Positions 9,703-17,794 of a stretch of DNA of 51,955 nucleotides are shown here, one piece after another. The stretch is taken from contig JBAUGM010000160.1 in assembly GCA_049679725.1 (NCBI GenBank), forward strand, positions 1 to 51,955, read 5' to 3'. Position numbers and translations under genes: made by a program. The notes under the pieces are model-generated. The model was not told the DNA's origin. It was given only the letters and a program-made list of their open reading frames with translations, and did no database searches. Source of the DNA: Tepidisphaeraceae bacterium. Its GTDB lineage: Bacteria; Planctomycetota; Phycisphaerae; Tepidisphaerales; Tepidisphaeraceae. The stretch's first letter is position 1, and every line of letters starts with the position of its first letter.

Positions 9703-9799
9703 CGCACGTCATCCTGAGGTACTCCGAAGGATCTCGGGTTCCAGTCCTGCGCGGTTCGCCGAGCCCGAGATCCTTCGGAGTACCTCAGGATGACGTGCG
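9703..9799. repeat. Long palindromic repeat element, copy 2 (~35-bp arms)
   Basis: Same core arms as copy 1 (GTCATCCTGAGGTACTCCGAAGGATCTCG and its complement), extended by CGCAC/GTGCG. Arms are 9703-9737 and 9765-9799, with a 27-nt loop. Confidence 0.9.
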
Positions 9800-9822
9800 C
9801 TGGAGCATGAGAAGGAGTTTCA

Positions 9823-10617
9823 ATGGACCTGCAACTGAACGACAAAACCGCCCTCGTCACCGGCAGCACCGCCGGCATCGGGTTGGCGATTGCCGAGGGA
9901 TTGGCACGGGAAGGCGCGACCGTCTACGTCAATGGCCGCACGAAGCAGCGCGTGGATGATGCGATCAAGCAGATCGCGAAGAACGTTCCGAACGCGAACG
10001 TGAAAGGCATCGCCGCCGACCTGTCGAACGGGCAGGGCGCGGAGAAGCTCTTCCGCGAGCTGCCTGCCGTCGACGTGCTCGTCAACAACATGGGGACGTA
10101 TCAACTCAAACAGTTTGCAGAGATCACAGACCAGGACTGGCTCTCGATCTTCGAAACCAACGTCCTCTCCGGCGTTCGCGCCAGCCGGCACTACCTGCCC
10201 GCGATGCTGAAGAAGAACTGGGGCCGGATCATCTTCATTTCGAGCGAGTCGGCCCAGCAGATCCCGGTGGAGATGATCCACTACGGCATGACCAAGACCG
10301 CGCAGCTCGCCGTCGCCCGCGGCCTGGCGGAGACGACGGTGGGCACGGGCGTCACCGTCAACTCCGTCCTCCCGGGCCCGACGAAATCCGAAGGCGTCGG
10401 AGGCTTCGTGAAGGACATGGCGAAGAAGGAGGGCGTCAGCGAGTCGGCCGTGGAGACAGGATTCTTCAAGACCGCGCGCCCATCGTCGCTCATCCAGCGT
10501 TTCGCGACGCCCGAGGAGGTCGCGAACCTCGTCGCCTTCGTCGCCAGCCCCAAATCATCGGCCACCAACGGCGCCGCCCTCCGCGTGGATGGCGGCGTGG
10601 TGAGATCGATCCTGTAA
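9823..10617 (+). CDS. SDR family oxidoreductase
   Basis: 264 aa. KTALVTGSTAGIGLAIA (TGxxxGxG), NNMG, and HYGMTKTAQ (YxxxK). Confidence 0.88.
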   Translation: MDLQLNDKTALVTGSTAGIGLAIAEGLAREGATVYVNGRTKQRVDDAIKQIAKNVPNANVKGIAADLSNGQGAEKLFRELPAVDVLVNNMGTYQLKQFAEITDQDWLSIFETNVLSGVRASRHYLPAMLKKNWGRIIFISSESAQQIPVEMIHYGMTKTAQLAVARGLAETTVGTGVTVNSVLPGPTKSEGVGGFVKDMAKKEGVSESAVETGFFKTARPSSLIQRFATPEEVANLVAFVASPKSSATNGAALRVDGGVVRSIL

Positions 10618-10730
10618 TCCTCGACAGTCGCGACTATCCGGCGCTGCCGGCGTGATGTCTGAATCTTCGAGAAGTCTCTCGTGCACCACCTAACCCAGCG
10701 CGCCGCGGCGCGCACAGAAGGAGAACCGTT

Positions 10731-11312
10731 ATGAAGACCCGTCTCACCCTCACCGCTCTCGTGGCCGTGTTCGCGCTCGCGATGCAGGCCGGCTCGGTTC
10801 GCGCGGCCGACAACTACAAGGTCGACTCGGCCCACTCGTCCGTCCTCTTCAAGGTCGACCACTTCGGCGTCGCGCCGTTCTACGGCCGCTTCAACGCGCC
10901 GACCGGCACCGTCACGTTGGACAAGGAAGACCCCACGAAGTCATCGTTCACCTTCGAACTGAAGACGGAGAACGTCGACACCGGCAACGAGAAGCGCGAT
11001 GCGCACCTCAAGACCCCCGACTTCTTCGACGCCAAGCAGTTCCCCACCATCACGTTCAAGAGCAAGAGCGTGAAGGGTCTGGCCGACGACAAGTTCGAGG
11101 TCACCGGCGACCTTACGCTGCACGGCGTGACCAAGGAGATCAAGCTGATCCTGAACAAGACGGCTGAGAAGGACACCGGCAAGATGGGCTTCCGCACCGG
11201 CTGGACGACGGACGTCAACCTGAAGCGAAGCGACTACGGCATGACGCAGATGATCGGCCCGGTCGGCGACGACGTGCAAATTATCATCGCGTATGAGGCG
11301 GTGAAGTCGTAA
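10731..11312 (+). CDS. YceI family periplasmic protein
   Basis: 193 aa. Signal peptide MKTRLTLTALVAVFALAMQAGSVRA. YceI-like YKVDSAHSSVLFKVDHFGVAPFYGRFN...HGVTKEI. Confidence 0.85.
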   Translation: MKTRLTLTALVAVFALAMQAGSVRAADNYKVDSAHSSVLFKVDHFGVAPFYGRFNAPTGTVTLDKEDPTKSSFTFELKTENVDTGNEKRDAHLKTPDFFDAKQFPTITFKSKSVKGLADDKFEVTGDLTLHGVTKEIKLILNKTAEKDTGKMGFRTGWTTDVNLKRSDYGMTQMIGPVGDDVQIIIAYEAVKS

Positions 11313-11352
11313 ACGCGCCTGGCAGCCCGTGGGGCGATAGACGCCTCTGACT

Positions 11353-11390
11353 CCCTCTCCCCGGTACGCCGGCTGGGTGCCGGGAGAGGG
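11353..11390. terminator. Hairpin between convergent yceI-like and trpD genes
   Basis: CCCTCTCCCCGG (11353-11364) pairs with CCGGGAGAGGG (11380-11390), leaving one bulge. There is no clear U-tract on either strand. Confidence 0.35.
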
Positions 11391-11407
11391 GACAAGAGAA
11401 GGCGGCG

Positions 11408-12442
11408 TCATTGCTCGTTCGTACCCTGCGAACACGCGATCAGCTTGTCGAGCGTGTCGCGGGCGCGGCCCGAATCGATCGCCTCGCGCGCGAGCGTCAA
11501 TCCTTCGTCGAGCGTCGCCGCGCGACCGGCGACCACCAGCGCCGCGGCGGCGTTGAGGGCGGCGATGTCGTAGAGCGAGCCGCGCTCGGCGGCGAGCACG
11601 CGGCGCATCGCGTCGGCGGCCTGGTCGACCGAATCGACCTGGAGGTCGGACAGCCGCGCGTAGGGGATGCCGAGCGATTTCGGGTCGAACGTCCACGTGT
11701 GGATCTCGCCGTCGCGCAACTCGGTGACGCGCGTGGGGCCGAGCGTGGAGAGTTCGTCGAGGCCGTCGATCGCGTGGACGACCCACGCCCGCGCGCTGCC
11801 CAGGCCGCGGAGGACGGTGGCGAGCCTGTCGGTCAGTTCCGGCGCGAAGACGCCGAGCAACTGGTGCCGCGCCCGTGCGGGGTTGGTGAGCGGGCCGAGG
11901 AGGTTGAAGACGGTGGGGATGCCCAGCGCCGTGCGGACGGGCGCGACGTACTTCATCGCCGGGTGATGGCTCCGCGCGAAGGCGAAGCAGATCCCGGCGG
12001 CATGGATGCAGCCTTTCAACTGTTCCGGTTGCAGGTCGAGGCGCAGGCCGAGCTTCTCCAGCACGTCCGCCGACCCGGACTTGCTCGACGCGCTGCGGTT
12101 GCCGTGCTTCACGACCTTCACGCCGCACGCCGCTGCGATGATCGCCGCCGCGGTGGAGATGTTGAACGTCCCGCGCACGTCGCCGCCCGTGCCGCAGGTG
12201 TCGAGGATCACTTCCGCCGACGCGTCGCAGCCGATGGGCACTGCCTTCTCGCGCATCACGCCCGCCGCGCCGATCAATTCGTCCGTCGTCGTGCCCTTGG
12301 CCGCGAGGCCCACGAGCAGCCCCGCGATCTGCGCCTCGCTGGCCTCGCCTGACATCACGTGCCCGAACGCCTCGCGCGCCTCGTCGCGCGTGAGGTCCTC
12401 GCGGCGGCAGAGCTTGAGCAGGATGTCGCGAAAGGGGGTCAT
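11408..12442 (-). CDS. trpD: Anthranilate phosphoribosyltransferase
   Basis: 344 aa. LDTCGTGGDVRGTFNISTAAAIIAAACGVKVVKHGNRSASSKSGSADVLEKLG is the TrpD signature region. Confidence 0.93.
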   Translation of the reverse strand: MTPFRDILLKLCRREDLTRDEAREAFGHVMSGEASEAQIAGLLVGLAAKGTTTDELIGAAGVMREKAVPIGCDASAEVILDTCGTGGDVRGTFNISTAAAIIAAACGVKVVKHGNRSASSKSGSADVLEKLGLRLDLQPEQLKGCIHAAGICFAFARSHHPAMKYVAPVRTALGIPTVFNLLGPLTNPARARHQLLGVFAPELTDRLATVLRGLGSARAWVVHAIDGLDELSTLGPTRVTELRDGEIHTWTFDPKSLGIPYARLSDLQVDSVDQAADAMRRVLAAERGSLYDIAALNAAAALVVAGRAATLDEGLTLAREAIDSGRARDTLDKLIACSQGTNEQ

Positions 12443-12603
12443 GGCATCGGGAAAGTTAGCCGCAACGCGACGCGGACGGAAGATCGGCGCGGTGGCAGGC
12501 CGGCCGGCGGCACCGGCGACGACCGTCTCTTCGGCGGCACCGGCGACTCAAATGGCTTTTTCCCCGCCCCGCGCGTAACGTGGTGAGTGAAGCGACCCCG
12601 CCC

Positions 12604-12677
<74 letters not shown>

Positions 12678-12712
12678 TTTTCCTTCTGCGACAAGGAGTT
12701 ACGACGCAATCA

Positions 12713-12737
12713 GGGCCTCCGTTACGGAGGCCCTTTT
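12713..12737 (+). terminator. Intrinsic terminator downstream of tRNA-Arg
   Basis: GGGCCTCC (12713-12720), loop GTTAC, GGAGGCCC (12726-12733), then TTTT. Confidence 0.6.
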
Positions 12738-12817
12738 GGGGCCCTTATCACATGAAATATCACATGCGTTTCCGAAAGTGCCGATAACATCGTCGGCGTC
12801 ATCAGCAAGGAGTACGC

Positions 12818-14236
12818 ATGGCGAGACTGCGCGAGGGCAAGATTTCACGGCATCCAGTTCACGGCTTCCGGATAACGGTCGGCCGCAAGGCAGACGGCAA
12901 GCCGAGGCTGTTTTGGCTGGGCAAACACGAGGAGCAGGCGCGGTTCGCCGCCGCGTGCTACCGCTCGGGATGGCGGGAGATGAACGCTGTTGGGATCACT
13001 CACTGGACGCCAGATACGGAACAGCGAGTGAAGGACACGATCGCCTTCAGCCATCGGAAACTTCGTGAGAGATTTCAGGACCACGAACACCGGGCAGCAA
13101 TGATCGGGCCGATGCGCGGAGTCGTGTTCCCGAACGCCACGGCAGCGTGGATGCCAGTGCCCATGCAGCTTCTCATGGTGCCCAACGACACGCCGACCGT
13201 GCAGCAGAAGGGCAAGACCCTGTACCAGGCGATCGAAGCCTATCTCGCGGCACTCAAGGGCAAGCGGGTCTCGGAGGCACACAAATGGAGGGCTGAGCAA
13301 GTGCTCAACGTGACGCTCAAGCGAGTGGTGGCCGACTGTCCGATCGAGCAGATCGATTTCGCTTGGCTCGATACGCTGGCCGATCATTTCAAGTCACGAC
13401 CAAAATCGAGGAAGGGCAAGCGGAAGAACCGCAAGCCGATTAGTCCGCAGACGGTTAAGACGACCCTCGCCTATTTTCGTCAGTTCTTTGTCTGGTGTGA
13501 CGACGTGAGTTTCGGCGGGTGGGAAGGTCCCCGGAAGCTGACCAAGCCGTTCAGAGTTCGGCTTGACGACCTGCGCACACCCTCCGAACTTCGGCGAGCC
13601 AACACCATCGATCAGTTTGACGTTCCAACCCTTGTGCAAATCTACAAGGCAGCGAACGATCACCAGAAGACGATCATGCTGGCCGCCCTCTTCACGGCCG
13701 GTACTCAGAGGGAACTGGCCCTCCTCGAGAAGTCCGAGTTCGATCTGAAGGCGGGAGCCCTGCGCCACTGGAGGAATAAGACGAAAGTCGAGGGTCGGTT
13801 CTGGCTCCCGCCTGAGTTGATCACCTTGCTCAAGGCAGAGTTCAAGAAACACCGCAAGCATCCGCTCGCCTTTTACACCGCCCAAGGATCACCCCTTGTC
13901 ACGTATGCGAGCGGCAAGCTCGTGAGTGACGCGGTGCGGCAAATGTGGCTGGATCTCCGTGTGAAAGCGGAGGTCCCCGATGCTCTGAGTTTCAAGTACC
14001 TTCGGAAGTTCGTCGCTGACTTCATGGTCCGTCATGGGGGAGAAGCGATGGGGCAGATCGCCCTGAGCCATGCGCCGACCACGATGTTGGCGAAGAATTA
14101 CACAACAGCCCGTGACTTCGACGCATTCAACGCGTTACAGCGCCGGATGCACGCAGAGTTCATTGCCGCCGGGATGTTCGAGAAGGACGAGTCAAAGAGC
14201 GCCGACGTGGTGAAGGCTTCTGCGCAAGCCGCATGA
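12818..14236 (+). CDS. Tyrosine-type site-specific integrase
   Basis: 472 aa. The C-terminal catalytic region shows AGTQRELALL (Arg I), FKYLRKFVADFM (box with Arg II) and IALSHAPTTMLAKNYT (His...Tyr). Lies 140 nt downstream of the tRNA. Confidence 0.8.
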   Translation: MARLREGKISRHPVHGFRITVGRKADGKPRLFWLGKHEEQARFAAACYRSGWREMNAVGITHWTPDTEQRVKDTIAFSHRKLRERFQDHEHRAAMIGPMRGVVFPNATAAWMPVPMQLLMVPNDTPTVQQKGKTLYQAIEAYLAALKGKRVSEAHKWRAEQVLNVTLKRVVADCPIEQIDFAWLDTLADHFKSRPKSRKGKRKNRKPISPQTVKTTLAYFRQFFVWCDDVSFGGWEGPRKLTKPFRVRLDDLRTPSELRRANTIDQFDVPTLVQIYKAANDHQKTIMLAALFTAGTQRELALLEKSEFDLKAGALRHWRNKTKVEGRFWLPPELITLLKAEFKKHRKHPLAFYTAQGSPLVTYASGKLVSDAVRQMWLDLRVKAEVPDALSFKYLRKFVADFMVRHGGEAMGQIALSHAPTTMLAKNYTTARDFDAFNALQRRMHAEFIAAGMFEKDESKSADVVKASAQAA

Positions 14237-14372
14237 ATTCAACGTGCTGGGGTCCGCGACGATTGCAAGGCGCTTCGCAAGTGGCGTGGTCGGCTCGCCA
14301 GGCCATTCAACTCGAATATCGTGTGAGCTATACTCGGGTCCCGAGGACGATTTGAAGTCCATGGGAGATGAA

Positions 14373-14645
14373 ATGGAGCGGAAGAAGCCACTGCTGATCA
14401 AGGGCGTCCAAGTCAATGACGACGGCTCTACCACCGCTAAGACCTTCAACATCGCCGACGTCAAGCCTGGCGAGATCAGACACGAGAAGCTCACTGACGA
14501 CCAGGTCGCACGCGCGACAGAACTTTGGAGCCGAATTGGCGGGCACTGCAGGCCGAACTCCAATCTGGCGACGTGGCTCGAGGGCTTTCGCCGCGACATG
14601 CACCCAAGGATTGACGATCTGGGAGAAGATCGCCGCCGTCTCTGA
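14373..14645 (+). CDS. Hypothetical protein
   Basis: Part of track ORF 14244..14645. ATG 14373 is preceded by GGGAGATGAA. MERKKPLLIKGVQVNDDGSTTAKTFNIADVKPGEIRHEKLTDDQVARATELW.... Confidence 0.4.
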   Translation: MERKKPLLIKGVQVNDDGSTTAKTFNIADVKPGEIRHEKLTDDQVARATELWSRIGGHCRPNSNLATWLEGFRRDMHPRIDDLGEDRRRL

Positions 14646-14838
14646 TCGTCTCTGGCTCGATCAGAAGTTCTGCGGTCGCCTGACCCGCAATGGTTTGTGC
14701 CTTGCAGTGATGATGGCGTCGACGGGTGTAGTGGACATTCCCTCACAGCTTCCTGGGATCACCGACGAGCAGGTGGCCCGAATCAGGAAGGAATACGCGG
14801 GCGCTTGGCACTCGCACTTGGCTCCTGAGTCGTGGTGA
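14611..14838 (+). CDS. Hypothetical protein, or frameshifted continuation of 14373..14645
   Basis: Lies in the frame of track ORF 14416..14838. TTG 14611 is the first plausible start. Third-position GC bias is coding-like (TIWEKIAAVSDRLWLDQKF...ITDEQVARIRKEYAGAWHS). Overlaps the upstream ORF by 35 nt. Confidence 0.3.
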   Translation: MTIWEKIAAVSDRLWLDQKFCGRLTRNGLCLAVMMASTGVVDIPSQLPGITDEQVARIRKEYAGAWHSHLAPESW

Positions 14839-15348
14839 ACCTGCGCGGTGGCACACACCTCTCGAAAAGTGAACGCGCCGATTACCTCATCAGATCGCGC
14901 CCTACGAACGCCAGCCGGAGTCTGGAGACAGAACCACACGCCCCGGGGAGAGCATCGGAATGGCCGCAGCTTCGCGGGCATCGAGGCCGAGCGACTACGA
15001 TGTTTTCCTAGGTCGGGTAGCTCGTATCCGACCAACTTTGCGGAGTCGCGCCGACAACGTAGGTATATTCTCGCCGCTGACATTTCACTAAATCCTCGCC
15101 CGTCTTGGTACCGATACGTTCAACGTCACCCGCGATGGGCTGACACGTGAACACGGTCCTCGCTCTGAGGGCTGTAGTGCGGTCAACGCCACGACCGCAG
15201 CATGTGCACACCAAACAGAGAGATCGAACCGGCATTTGCCGGTACACCCGCTCGTCCTATGTAGGACGGCACCGTGACAGCCGGTGAGGGCCCAGCACGA
15301 TCGATGACCACAATTCTACTCGCGCCCGTGCTGGGCTCGTTCACGAAA

Positions 15349-15380
15349 CCCCGACGCTGTCACGTCGGGGTTTTCTATTT
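15349..15380 (+). terminator. Intrinsic terminator
   Basis: CCCCGACG (15349-15356), loop CTGTCA, CGTCGGGG (15363-15370), then TTTTCTATTT. Confidence 0.7.
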
Positions 15381-15404
15381 CGGGGTCCACCATGGAGGTT
15401 CGCC

Positions 15405-15827
15405 ATGCGCGAATCTTTGACCAAAGCCGAGACGCAGACGGCGACCGCTCTGCGAGTGGGTACCAACCGCATGCAGGAGCCCACATTCACCGTGCGGCTC
15501 GAACTGGATTGCGGCTGGTGCGAACGCGAAGTGACCGTCATCGATCCGCACATCAGCATCCCGGAGTTGATGAGGCGGATCGCGGACGGAGACACGCTGC
15601 TGACGGAGGTCGATAGGCCCGAAGGCCAGATCATCTACAACGAGCGAGGACGGCACAACGTCGTGGCTCGTTGGGAGACGACGGAGTCTGAGTGGCTTGG
15701 CGACCTGCCAGACGTCATCTTTGCGGTGCTCGGATCTGAGAGCGTGACGAGAGCCGACCTCGAGAACGCGATCGTTCACGTCGAGTACGGCGACGAGGAT
15801 AACGAAGACGGCCAGGACCTCGACTGA
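15405..15827 (+). CDS. Hypothetical acidic protein
   Basis: 140 aa. GGAGG lies 6 nt upstream of ATG 15405. An intrinsic terminator sits on each side. Confidence 0.6.
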   Translation: MRESLTKAETQTATALRVGTNRMQEPTFTVRLELDCGWCEREVTVIDPHISIPELMRRIADGDTLLTEVDRPEGQIIYNERGRHNVVARWETTESEWLGDLPDVIFAVLGSESVTRADLENAIVHVEYGDEDNEDGQDLD

Positions 15828-15834
15828 GTACCAC

Positions 15835-15868
15835 GGCCCCGGTCGGAAACGACCGGGGCCTTTCTTCT
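15835..15868 (+). terminator. Intrinsic terminator
   Basis: GGCCCCGGTC (15835-15844), loop GGAAAC, GACCGGGGCC (15851-15860), then TTTCTTCT. Confidence 0.7.
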
Positions 15869-15873
15869 ACACC

Positions 15874-16332
15874 ATGGAGATCATCGTGAAGGACACAATT
15901 GAACAAGCCGAGCCGCAAGCGGCACCTGACCTGCGCATGGAGCTAATCAAGCGACATCTCACGCCGGCTGAAACCGCAACCACTCTGCGCGACCTGCGCG
16001 GACTGGAGCTTGCAAGGCCGGCTCGCATGCTCTCGCTGTGGGTGATGTTCACCGGCGGCATCGAGAAACAACGGATCGTCGTCGTGACGGATACGCTGGT
16101 TCCGCTCGAAGCCATCCTCAAACTCATCGCAAGCGGACAGACGGCCATCACAAGGTGGGATGTTACGTCCGGCAACCTAATCGTTCAGGTTCCCGCGCAG
16201 GGCTACGAGTCCTTGGGATTTTGGTATACGGGCCACACGAGCGGTGGGGACTTCAGCGAGCCGGAGCAGGCCGTACTGATCGAAGTCACGCTATGTGGAT
16301 CGTCTCGTGAGATCCTTCGTATCAAGCTGTGA
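15874..16332 (+). CDS. Hypothetical protein
   Basis: 152 aa. Start context CACCATGGAG is shared with the region just upstream of the previous gene. Followed by a terminator. Confidence 0.55.
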   Translation: MEIIVKDTIEQAEPQAAPDLRMELIKRHLTPAETATTLRDLRGLELARPARMLSLWVMFTGGIEKQRIVVVTDTLVPLEAILKLIASGQTAITRWDVTSGNLIVQVPAQGYESLGFWYTGHTSGGDFSEPEQAVLIEVTLCGSSREILRIKL

Positions 16333-16337
16333 TCGCA

Positions 16338-16378
16338 CGGCCCGGCGCCGGAAACGGCGTCGGGCCGCTTTCGTTCTT
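16338..16378 (+). terminator. Intrinsic terminator
   Basis: CGGCCCGGCGCCG (16338-16350), loop GAAA, CGGCGTCGGGCCG (16355-16367, one mismatch), then CTTTCGTTCTT. Confidence 0.65.
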
Positions 16379-16400
16379 CGCCGGGAGATGAGGAGAGATC

Positions 16401-16616
16401 ATGCGACACCGAGACGACGATGCCGACCGCGAGCAGGAGATTGAGGACCAGATCGAGGCCGGCACATTCTTCAAGCGGCGGAAGCCGCCCAGCCCCGCGC
16501 CGCCGCCGGAGCAGATGGCGGACCTCATGACGGACGATGCCGCCGCGTGGCTGGGCAACCACCTCGCGGGCGTTGAAACCGACTGGGAGAAATTGAAGCG
16601 CGGAGGTGGGCGATGA
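16401..16616 (+). CDS. Small acidic hypothetical protein
   Basis: 71 aa. GGAGATGAGGAGAG lies upstream. ATGA overlap with the following initiator-like gene. Confidence 0.5.
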   Translation: MRHRDDDADREQEIEDQIEAGTFFKRRKPPSPAPPPEQMADLMTDDAAAWLGNHLAGVETDWEKLKRGGGR

Positions 16617-17794
16617 GCGACCAGCCCATCTACCGCAAGCTCTGGGTCGGTATCCGGCCCCGGCTTCACCTGCTCACCAAGGCGAGCGCGGGAGCGGTCT
16701 ACATGTACCTGCTGACTCGACTCAATGATGAGACGGGCCAGTGTGACGCCGCCGCGCCGAATGTCGCGGCAGACCTCGGACTAGACGTCAAGACGGTCTA
16801 CCGCGCATTTGACCTCATCGAAGAGTCGGGGGTGGCACGCCGTGAGGATCGACCGGGGACTAGTGATAACTGGGTGTTCGCCACGCTGGACATTGAAGCT
16901 GAGCGAGAGCAAACCCTATCCGCGAAACGGGCCTACCCGCGAAACGGGTCCACCCGTAAAACGGGTAGACACCCAACCCGCGAAACGGGTAGACACCCTA
17001 CCCGTAGAACGGGTAACGAAGAAGAAACCAAAGAAGAAGAAACCAGAGAAGACGGGGCTAGCGCCCCCGGCGGCATCGCCGCTCCCGCTGACGCGGTCGG
17101 TCTGGGCCGTGAGGCCGATGAGCCAGGATCGGGGCAAGCCCCCACTCCCTCCGCGACGAAGGCGAAGCGGGCGAAGCCCAAGAAGGGGGATCGTGGCGGG
17201 GCCACTCACTCCGCGATGCTCTGGCCGGACCTTAACGGGGACGATCGCGCGAAGGTCCACGACGACAAGACGCTGATCACGCTCGCCGGTCTGCTCGGCT
17301 TCGGCCCCGCCGGGGTCCGCACTCCGGCGTCGGACTGGCGGGCGAGCCAGATCGCGCCGGGGCCGTTCTGCTGGTTCCATGACGGCGTGCTCGCCAACGA
17401 CTCGCAGGCGCTCGACAAGCTCCCGGACCAACCGACCCGCGAGCAGCTTGCCGGATTCGCGTGGTACACCCTCAACCGCATCCGGCTCGACACTGGAAAA
17501 AAAGACATCCTGCTGCCGACGCGCGACGACCTCCTGAGCCGGTCCGCCAAGAAGCATGTGCTTGGTGACCTGTTCGAGACTCGCGGTCCGGAGGCAGCGC
17601 TGGCGCACATCGACGCCGTGAACGACCACTTTGAAGAGATCATCCGCCGGACGCGGAAGATGGACTACCCGCCCGCTCCGACCGGCGGGCTCTTCCGGCA
17701 CAAAGCCGTCATCACCCACGCCGATCGACTCGCTGCGGCTGAGGGTGAAGTGGACCTCTACGGCGAGGAAACCTCCATGGAGAACTACCTATGA
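16613..17794 (+). CDS. HTH (HTH_36-like) replication initiator / replisome organiser-like protein
   Basis: 393 aa. The N-terminal winged HTH is AVYMYLLTRLNDETGQCDAAAPNVAADLGLDVKTVYRAFDLIEESGVARRED, a pattern typical of phage and plasmid initiator HTH domains. Contains an internal DNA repeat array. ATGA-coupled to a DnaB-like helicase. Confidence 0.6.
   Translation: MSDQPIYRKLWVGIRPRLHLLTKASAGAVYMYLLTRLNDETGQCDAAAPNVAADLGLDVKTVYRAFDLIEESGVARREDRPGTSDNWVFATLDIEAEREQTLSAKRAYPRNGSTRKTGRHPTRETGRHPTRRTGNEEETKEEETREDGASAPGGIAAPADAVGLGREADEPGSGQAPTPSATKAKRAKPKKGDRGGATHSAMLWPDLNGDDRAKVHDDKTLITLAGLLGFGPAGVRTPASDWRASQIAPGPFCWFHDGVLANDSQALDKLPDQPTREQLAGFAWYTLNRIRLDTGKKDILLPTRDDLLSRSAKKHVLGDLFETRGPEAALAHIDAVNDHFEEIIRRTRKMDYPPAPTGGLFRHKAVITHADRLAAAEGEVDLYGEETSMENYL
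16909..17005. repeat. Iteron-like array: five copies of a 15-bp palindromic motif ACCCG-YRNAA-CGGGT inside the initiator gene
   Basis: TCCGCGAAACGGGC (~16910-16923, degenerate). ACCCGCGAAACGGGT at 16926-16940. ACCCGTAAAACGGGT at 16943-16957. ACCCGCGAAACGGGT at 16967-16981. ACCCGTAGAACGGGT at 16991-17005. Spacing is 17, 17, 24 and 24 bp. Followed by a purine- and A-rich tract at 17006-17045. Confidence 0.8.

Noticed and set aside
10941-12128. 395-aa minus ORF, and plus-strand ORFs 11411..12352 and 12006..12578, across yceI/trpD
   Set aside because: The Arg/Pro/Ala-rich composition is typical of off-frame reading in high-GC DNA. YceI and TrpD explain the region.
14661-15247. Minus ORFs 14661..15083 and 15008..15247 and plus ORF 14848..15150 in the gap after the integrase-proximal genes
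   Set aside because: No RBS, no motifs and poor codon bias. The region is better described as non-coding with a hairpin-rich 3' part.
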